A DNA stretch of 11,181 nt from a virus, in IMG/VR virus record IMGVR_UViG_3300023196_002342, one strand, 5' to 3'. Of this stretch, positions 5,919-11,181 are shown one piece after another (positions within the stretch are counted from its first letter, which is position 1; each line of letters opens with the position of its first letter). Made by a program: the position numbers and the translations under genes. The notes under the pieces are model-generated. The model did no database searches. It was not told the DNA's origin and saw only the letters and a program-made list of their open reading frames with translations.

Positions 5919-7079
5919 TTATATAGTTTCTCTTAAAATACCCTTTTCTATTTTTTTTCTTCTTCTTTTCCCCTGTATTGCTTCCATTTCTCCAATTAAA
6001 AAAGCTATTTGTGTTGGGTCAAATTGTTGGGTTTGTTCCAATACATCTGCCCTTGCTTCTCGTATTGTGCTTCTTTGGTCTTGAATATCTGCTAAAACAT
6101 CATAATACTGCCCACTTCTTTTAACAGCTGGGTCTAAAATAGAAGCTTGTTGAAGTTGGTACTCAACTATTTCTAAATCTTTATCTAATTGGTTTAGTTC
6201 TGCTAAAGCTTTTGGTGTGGTTATTCCTCCTGCTGCATGAGTACCCATTAAGGTAGAACCCATTTGTCCAACTGTATTAACTGAGGACTGGATTTCATTA
6301 ACTTTTTTCCTATCTAAGAGTCTATCTGTAAGAGTGCTAGGGCTTATATCTCCTAAAAATGCAGAAGTTCCCACGACTCCTAAAGTGGTTGTTCCAATAC
6401 TTGTTCCTATTTTAGTTGAAATAAAAGCCATTGTTGAGGCAATAACTGGAGCCAGTGCTGCTATTAATGCCGTCCCTGAAACTGTTGCGATAGTTACTCC
6501 TAACGCCTTTCCAAAATCTGTTTCTGCCATATCAGCCGCGGTTTTATTACTTAATTCCTTTCCTGTTAATTTTTCTATACCCTCTCCTATCATAACAGAC
6601 GGAGTTAAACCTATTTCTGCAATCTTTTCAATAGCCCTTTCTTGTCTACCCTCTAATTCTTGGAATCCTCCCTCTGATTCAAATTGTTTCTCAATGGATG
6701 TCGGTTCTAATTGTGCCTCTGCCTGTTCTGCTGCCCCTATAACTCCTCGCCCTAATCTTTCAGTTCCTAACCTAGAGCCAACTTCCCTTGCACCCTCTGG
6801 AGTTTTTAATTTCTTAGTTTCTCTTTGAATTATCTCTTCTGCTTCTTCTGGACTTAAACCCATGAAAATTCTTCCGTCTGGTAATTCTACCCCTGAAACT
6901 TTTCTTGTTTTTACATCTCTAAAAACTTCTGGAGTTCCTTTAGTTGCTGGAAATTCTGGACTAGGTTGTATAGCTTGATTTCCTTGAGCATCTATTTCAA
7001 CTATATCTGTTTTATTTTCTTCAGATTTCTTCTTTTTCTTCCTGCCTCCTAAGAATGAAGCTGGGACTTGTGCTACCAT
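5919..7079 (-). CDS. Internal virion / ejection or tape-measure-like protein with a Gly/Ala/Thr-rich hydrophobic core and basic termini.
   Basis: 386 aa. N-terminal GGRKKKKKSEE, C-terminal GKRRRKKIEKG. The central stretch ALGVTIATVSGTALIAALAPVIASTMAFISTKIGTSIGTTTLGVVGTSAFLG looks like membrane-spanning glycine-zipper segments. Helical flanks. Confidence 0.45.
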   Translation of the reverse strand: MVAQVPASFLGGRKKKKKSEENKTDIVEIDAQGNQAIQPSPEFPATKGTPEVFRDVKTRKVSGVELPDGRIFMGLSPEEAEEIIQRETKKLKTPEGAREVGSRLGTERLGRGVIGAAEQAEAQLEPTSIEKQFESEGGFQELEGRQERAIEKIAEIGLTPSVMIGEGIEKLTGKELSNKTAADMAETDFGKALGVTIATVSGTALIAALAPVIASTMAFISTKIGTSIGTTTLGVVGTSAFLGDISPSTLTDRLLDRKKVNEIQSSVNTVGQMGSTLMGTHAAGGITTPKALAELNQLDKDLEIVEYQLQQASILDPAVKRSGQYYDVLADIQDQRSTIREARADVLEQTQQFDPTQIAFLIGEMEAIQGKRRRKKIEKGILRETI

Positions 7080-7273
7080 AGTTTCTTATATCTCCCTTTA
7101 TATTTAAAAAATTCTAAAAATGCTCCTAATATAATCATAAATACACCTCTAATAAATAAATTATTGCTACTTGTTGCATTTGTCATAAATATAACTCCTG
7201 TGGAAGTCATGGCTAAAGCTGCCGTATTAATTAAAGTTTCAATAATTGGTTTATGTCCGTTTCTTTTATTCAT
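7073..7273 (-). CDS. Small two-TM membrane protein (holin-like topology).
   Basis: 66 aa. Two hydrophobic stretches (IIETLINTAALAMTSTGVIFM and LFIRGVFMIILGAFLEFF) and a basic C-terminus KYKGRYKKLW. Overlaps both neighbouring genes by 7-8 nt. Confidence 0.45.
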   Translation of the reverse strand: MNKRNGHKPIIETLINTAALAMTSTGVIFMTNATSSNNLFIRGVFMIILGAFLEFFKYKGRYKKLW

Positions 7274-8351
7274 TTTCAGTTAAAGACGCTTGAACCTCAT
7301 TTTCTTGAAATCCTATTTGTCCTGTGTTCTTTTTCTCATCTGTTTGGACGTTATCCATAAGGCTAGGAGGTCTATTAAATTTAATTTTTAAAGCTGTTTG
7401 ATTTAATAAATCAGTTTCTAAATCTGTTTGTTCCCTTGTGTAAATTGGCTCAAATGTCAAATAACCAACCTTAGAGGCTGCTTCTGTAAAATTCTCACTA
7501 GTTGCAATAACTCTAGGCACTCCTACCGCTTGATAAAAGAAATTCTCTAAATATTGTATCCATGCTATTCGGTCTTGTGGTTTAACTCCACTATCTTTCA
7601 ATTCAGCTGTATCTTTAGGTAAAACTAAAACTTCTCCGTTCTTAACGGCATCTTGATACTGTGTCATAATCTTATTTCTTTTAGTTACGTTATCTGAATC
7701 AATATATAGTATGCCTAAAGCTAGTTCTCTATGTTTAATCAACCTTTCATCCTTTAGGGCTTCATTTCTTGCATCTATAACCCATTTACAAGATTCAATT
7801 ACAGAAGTTCCATGTATTTCGTTGGCTATCCTATCGTTTACTAAATGAAGTATTTGGTGAGGTCTAAAAACCTTATTAACGCCATTTTTAACATTGTTTC
7901 TCTGTTCATACCTTATAATCATACCTTGCCCGTTAACTACAACCCGCATATCACCTGTATAAAGAGGCTTTATGTTGATTAAATTGTTATTTTCATCCCT
8001 TATAATCTCAGCGTAAGCATCCCCAAAGACTTTCTTTTGAACTTGTAAATTCCAAAATATAGACTGGCTTGAGTCTTCACCCCATCCTATAAAAGAACCT
8101 AATACCAATGTAATTGGTTGAGAAGCTGTCCAACCTTTGCCCGTTGTCCAAGTTGCTAAACTATCAATAGCTTTCTTTAGTTCTGGAATAGTCTTATAAT
8201 AACCTAGATATTCATTACTATTAGGATAATCGTAATAAGTTTCTTTTTGTTGTTGTGTTGGTTGGTCTGGTTGTTGAGCATTAACAGAAAAGTCTTTAAC
8301 TGTGCCGCTTAAATCGGTTGTTGCTGATGAGTTTGCATTTAGTTCTGCCAT
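7266..8351 (-). CDS. Portal protein (HK97/Phage_portal-like).
   Basis: 361 aa. VFGDAYAEIIRDENNNLINIKPLYTGDMRVV...IIRYEQ...FRPHQILHLVNDRIANEIHGTSVIES and the later YQAVGVPRVI...FEPIY blocks follow the portal family pattern. Located in the head module near the terminase. Confidence 0.75.
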   Translation of the reverse strand: MAELNANSSATTDLSGTVKDFSVNAQQPDQPTQQQKETYYDYPNSNEYLGYYKTIPELKKAIDSLATWTTGKGWTASQPITLVLGSFIGWGEDSSQSIFWNLQVQKKVFGDAYAEIIRDENNNLINIKPLYTGDMRVVVNGQGMIIRYEQRNNVKNGVNKVFRPHQILHLVNDRIANEIHGTSVIESCKWVIDARNEALKDERLIKHRELALGILYIDSDNVTKRNKIMTQYQDAVKNGEVLVLPKDTAELKDSGVKPQDRIAWIQYLENFFYQAVGVPRVIATSENFTEAASKVGYLTFEPIYTREQTDLETDLLNQTALKIKFNRPPSLMDNVQTDEKKNTGQIGFQENEVQASLTENE

Positions 8352-8986
8352 TATAAGTCTAATTGAAAAGGTATTAAAAAAGATAGCTGAGTTGTTTCGG
8401 CATCCGTTACCGTTCTATTTGCTGGGTCGTGCATAAAACCAATAACTCCTATTCCAGAGCGAGTACTCCAACCCTCAACTGTACACCTCATTATTTCCCC
8501 TTTCTTAAAAATAACATTTGAAGCTATTGTTAATGGTACGCAATTAGTTTTATATTCCCTTGCACCACTTGAACCAGTAGTATAGGTTTTAGTTTGTGCA
8601 TCTGCTATTTCTGTTTCTGTTGAGCCATCAAATTTCCTTAATTTAATTATAAAATATTGTTGTGTACCTACTGCATTACTACTTGCAAAAGTTACAATAT
8701 TACAATAACCATTTCCCTTTATAGTTTGAGTTCTGTTAAATGTTAAATCAAAATCTATGTCTATGTCTTTGGTAAATCCTCCGGTAGTTGTTGAAACTTC
8801 TGTCTGTATATCTTGAGAGTATATGCTATCATTAGCTGTCAGAAGTGAATTTGTTGTTGTGTCGTCTATTGTTCTGAACCCATAAAACTCTATAATCCCA
8901 CTTGCCTCTATAATATCTATAAAGTTATAGGTTGCTATGGCTTGTTCGCCAGATTCTAAAAAATTATGTGGGATTTTACGAGCCAT
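8351..8986 (-). CDS. Hypothetical beta-rich protein, probably a virion or tail-hub component. No motif recognised.
   Basis: 211-aa ORF translationally coupled to the portal gene (TAATG). T/S/N/I-rich beta-strand-like composition. Lies between the connector and portal genes. Confidence 0.4.
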   Translation of the reverse strand: MARKIPHNFLESGEQAIATYNFIDIIEASGIIEFYGFRTIDDTTTNSLLTANDSIYSQDIQTEVSTTTGGFTKDIDIDFDLTFNRTQTIKGNGYCNIVTFASSNAVGTQQYFIIKLRKFDGSTETEIADAQTKTYTTGSSGAREYKTNCVPLTIASNVIFKKGEIMRCTVEGWSTRSGIGVIGFMHDPANRTVTDAETTQLSFLIPFQLDL

Positions 8987-8992
8987 TGATTA

Positions 8993-9349
8993 TCAAGTCT
9001 CCTGTATAAAGTCAGTTGTGTACTTCTCTTTTAATTGGTTAATTGCATCTGTTAGCCTTGTATAATTTACATCCAACATAGTTTGCGCTTCTGCTCTACT
9101 TGTATACCCACTCATATCAAAATTAATAGCTCCTAGAGCAGCATGACTACTTGCCGCATCTTCTAGAATCTTCTTTAAGTCTGCATCTAATGAACTATAA
9201 ACATCAACCCAATTAACTCTAGTTACTGCATTTATATAAGATTCTGCTTGGTTAATAAGCTGGGTATATTGCCCATCTGTTATAGCACTATTCACATTAG
9301 TTCCTGCTTTTAGCTGAACTGCTGCCTTATCACATAATGTTTCAGTCAT
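8993..9349 (-). CDS. Head-tail connector / adaptor-like protein (gp6-like, all-alpha).
   Basis: 118 aa. The N-terminal ...AAVQLKAGTNVNSAITDGQYTQLINQAESYINAVT resembles the start of gp6-like connector proteins. Size and helical character fit. The position directly after the terminase is atypical. Confidence 0.45.
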   Translation of the reverse strand: MTETLCDKAAVQLKAGTNVNSAITDGQYTQLINQAESYINAVTRVNWVDVYSSLDADLKKILEDAASSHAALGAINFDMSGYTSRAEAQTMLDVNYTRLTDAINQLKEKYTTDFIQET

Positions 9350-9352
9350 TTT

Positions 9353-10672
9353 TTATATTCTAATGGAGCTTAACCATACATTTAAGTTTTTCTCTTTTAC
9401 TATCCATGCCGCTCTTATTAATCCCTCAACAATATGGCTAAAATTCCCAAAGATTTTAACTTGATTAGATTCATCTTTGGTAAATTCATATTGTATACTC
9501 CTTAAAGACGCCCTTATATTATCATCATCCAGTAATCTGATTTGATTCTTTTCCATAAGCATTAGCAAATTATCATAAAGGTCTTCTTTCAATAATCTTG
9601 ATTTGCTTTTGAATCTATCCAGTGGTCTTGCCCTATTATTAATAGCAACAACTTTCCTTTTAGTTTGTTCATTATCTAGTAAATGGTCAAATATCCCAAC
9701 CCCTAAAGAGCCAGAACCTGCATCTAAATAGATATGTTGGAAATCATATAGCTTATCTAGGTTTAATATTTGTCTTTCGGTTTGAGTTGTTAAGGTCTTC
9801 CTTGTTACTACCGATTCAACATGAATTAAATGGTTGTTTTCCATTCTTCTTAATATCTCAAAAGTGCTGTCATCATCCCCCATTCTTGCAATATCTACGC
9901 CTAAACTATAAACTTGGTCTTTCTTAATGGTGTTAGGTCTTTCTAATGTACAAATCCTATTTATCAACTCATCACTAAAGTATCTCCTTAAATCATCTAT
10001 AAACAATCCTAAATATTCTTGAGAGTATCTTAACTCACTCATATCTTCCCTTTCTTCTTCTAGTATCTTAATACTTGCCTCTTTTCTTTCCTTAGTCCAA
10101 CCCTCACTAACTGGTCTATTTTTAATAACCTCTTCACTTGATATATGAAATACCTTAAACCTATTATTCTTGTTTATGAAGCATTCATAGAAATAACCCG
10201 TCTTTCCGTGTGGGGTGCTACACATCCATATCTTCCCACCTGTTGTTAATAGTGTTGGTTTGGCTGCAATCCACATAAGCTCTGGCATTCTGGACGCTTC
10301 ATCAACTATCAATATGTCACCTGTAAAACCCCTTACACTATCACCCGTATTCCCAACTGGTCTCGCTATAACCTTACTTCCATTAGTTAAGGTAATCGTA
10401 CTCTTAGTTGGCTTCTTCTTTCCTTTGTGTATTTTCCTTTTGTCCGTTCTCTCTAAGAAGTCTAAAATCATAATAATGATAAGTTGTGCTTGGTCTTCAG
10501 TTAGGGACACTACAATGATGTTAGTGTTAGGGTGTTCTATCATATATTTACCTGCTTTATGTGATAGGGTCATAGTTTTGCCTACTTGTCTACCAGTGCA
10601 TAGTAATACATTGCCGTCTTCTTCTATTATATCCTTTTGCCAGTCATCTAATACTATGGCTTTTTTTTCCAT
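9353..10672 (-). CDS. terL: Terminase large subunit (ATPase plus RNase H-like nuclease).
   Basis: 439 aa. Walker A CTGRQVGKT, Walker B GDILIVDEAS, coupling motif MCSTPHG, and nuclease-domain acidic residues in LGVDIARMGDDDSTFEI and IYLDAGSGSLG. Confidence 0.9.
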   Translation of the reverse strand: MEKKAIVLDDWQKDIIEEDGNVLLCTGRQVGKTMTLSHKAGKYMIEHPNTNIIVVSLTEDQAQLIIIMILDFLERTDKRKIHKGKKKPTKSTITLTNGSKVIARPVGNTGDSVRGFTGDILIVDEASRMPELMWIAAKPTLLTTGGKIWMCSTPHGKTGYFYECFINKNNRFKVFHISSEEVIKNRPVSEGWTKERKEASIKILEEEREDMSELRYSQEYLGLFIDDLRRYFSDELINRICTLERPNTIKKDQVYSLGVDIARMGDDDSTFEILRRMENNHLIHVESVVTRKTLTTQTERQILNLDKLYDFQHIYLDAGSGSLGVGIFDHLLDNEQTKRKVVAINNRARPLDRFKSKSRLLKEDLYDNLLMLMEKNQIRLLDDDNIRASLRSIQYEFTKDESNQVKIFGNFSHIVEGLIRAAWIVKEKNLNVWLSSIRI

Positions 10673-10742
10673 TTTTTAAAATAATTAAAAAAAATAAGAT
10701 GAGGTAGTATATATTTTTTTATATTTTAAAAAATTAAAAAAT

Positions 10743-10767
10743 ATTTCTGGGGGGATAGCCCAGGAAT
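10743..10767. repeat. Inverted repeat ATTTCTGGG / CCCAGGAAT forming a 9-bp stem (one G:T) with a 7-nt loop, at the edge of the GC-rich island and about 70-95 nt upstream of the terL ATG.
   Basis: Manual pairing of 10743-10751 with 10759-10767. Confidence 0.45.
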
Positions 10768-10801
10768 GCGAGAAATACCCCTAATCGTCGCTTACTGTCC
10801 G

Positions 10802-10841
10802 CAGGAACTTTTAAGCGTTGATAGGAAGTTATAAGCGTTTA
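10802..10841. repeat. Tandem 20-bp direct repeat (iteron-like): CAGGAACTTTTAAGCGTTGA / TAGGAAGTTATAAGCGTTTA, 16/20 identical. A degenerate third copy, GAACTTTTCACGCTT, lies at 10955-10969.
   Basis: Aligned by hand. The shared core is AGGAA-TT-TAAGCGTT with a 20-bp (two-turn) periodicity. ACGCTTAA at 10964-10971 is the inverse of TTAAGCGT. Confidence 0.55.
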
Positions 10842-10872
10842 ATACGCCCTTTAAATACTTTTTAAGCTCCCT

Positions 10873-10902
10873 AAGTCCTTATATTTAGGTAGTTAAGGAC
10901 TT
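10873..10902. repeat. Perfect 9-bp inverted repeat AAGTCCTTA / TAAGGACTT separated by 12 nt.
   Basis: Manual pairing of 10873-10881 with 10894-10902. Lies inside the ORF-free control region. Confidence 0.5.
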
Positions 10903-11126
10903 CTACTCAAATCATAGAATTAATAATTGAAAGTACATATAACGTACATTGTGCGAACTTTTCACGCTTAAACTAATGGATTTAGGCACTACTTTTTATT
11001 AAGAGACATCTATTTTAAGAACTGTAGTGGTTAAAATGCTGTATGCATTTTAAAAGCTTTTAATTTATATAAGATTATTGGCGATTTAATAAAAAGTATT
11101 CGACTATATGCAAACATTAATATACT

Positions 11127-11181
11127 TACTTAATTAATTATAATTAATTAATTAATAAATATAATAATAAGAGATAATATG
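11127..11181. repeat. Right copy of the exact 55-bp direct terminal repeat (identical to 1-55). It includes the ATG of the first plus-strand gene.
   Basis: Identical to 1-55. The unique genome length is therefore 11,126 bp. Confidence 0.9.

Larger units (their letters stand above)
10673..11126. promoter_or_regulatory. ORF-free control region between the divergent gene blocks, continuing into 1-52 on the circle. Expected to hold divergent promoters and probably the replication origin and/or packaging site.
   Basis: No ORF longer than about 22 codons on either strand when read by hand. Holds extreme A/T tracts (10680-10745), a locally GC-rich island (10747-10806), tandem 20-bp repeats and inverted repeats. 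Confidence 0.6.

Noticed and set aside
10650-10672. A8 homopolymer directly after the terL start codon (ATGGAAAAAAAAGCC) as a slippage or phase-variation switch.
   Set aside because: It encodes an ordinary Glu-Lys-Lys in an AT-rich genome where such runs are common. No alternative frame gives a plausible product.
10749-10823. tRNA or tRNA-fragment (attP-like) in the GC-rich island. It begins GGGGGGATAGCCCAGG, reminiscent of a tRNA acceptor plus D-arm.
   Set aside because: No complementary 3' acceptor strand (TCCCCCC) follows. The D-stem does not close (GCCC versus GCGA). No T-arm GTTC-type motif is present. The genome also has no integrase.
1-11181. Mollicute (genetic code 4) phage, suggested by the tiny genome and very high AT content.
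   Set aside because: TGA ends several tightly coupled genes (for example 1319-1321, 2304-2306, 2642-2644, 8993-8995), usually in ATGA overlaps. The standard code therefore fits.
1-11181. CRISPR arrays, tRNA or rRNA genes, transposases or IS elements.
   Set aside because: No regularly spaced repeats, cloverleaf candidates or transposase/integrase-like ORFs were seen on either strand.

Overview
The window closes on itself: bases 1-55 are identical to 11127-11181. It therefore appears to be one complete circular, or circularly permuted, element of 11,126 unique bp. It is very AT-rich and almost entirely coding. I read it as a miniature head-tail (HK97-lineage, Caudoviricetes-like) virus with two gene blocks. 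The blocks diverge from one ORF-free control region of about 0.5 kb (10673-11126, continuing into 1-52) and converge, overlapping, at 2304-2331. The plus-strand block (53-2331) holds small regulatory and DNA-associated genes: two ribbon-helix-helix-like proteins, a very compact C5 cytosine methyltransferase-like protein, a zinc-ribbon protein and several tiny ORFs. The minus-strand block (10672-2304) runs in this order: large terminase, head-tail connector-like protein, a beta-rich 211-aa unknown, portal, a small 2-TM protein, a 386-aa protein with a hydrophobic core, scaffold-like protein, DUF2190-like decoration protein, HK97-like major capsid protein, two small ORFs, a 407-aa fibre, a zinc-ribbon miniprotein and an archaeal-type Holliday junction resolvase (Hjc-like). 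I see no polymerase, primase/helicase, Rep initiator, integrase, recognisable small terminase, prohead protease, endolysin, tRNA or CRISPR array. The main claim is that this is an unusually small, terminase-packaging tailed virus. It may infect an archaeon or another AT-rich host with a reduced genome, and its replication and packaging signals probably lie in the repeat-rich control region. All functional calls come from motifs read by eye in the supplied translations. No database search was possible.
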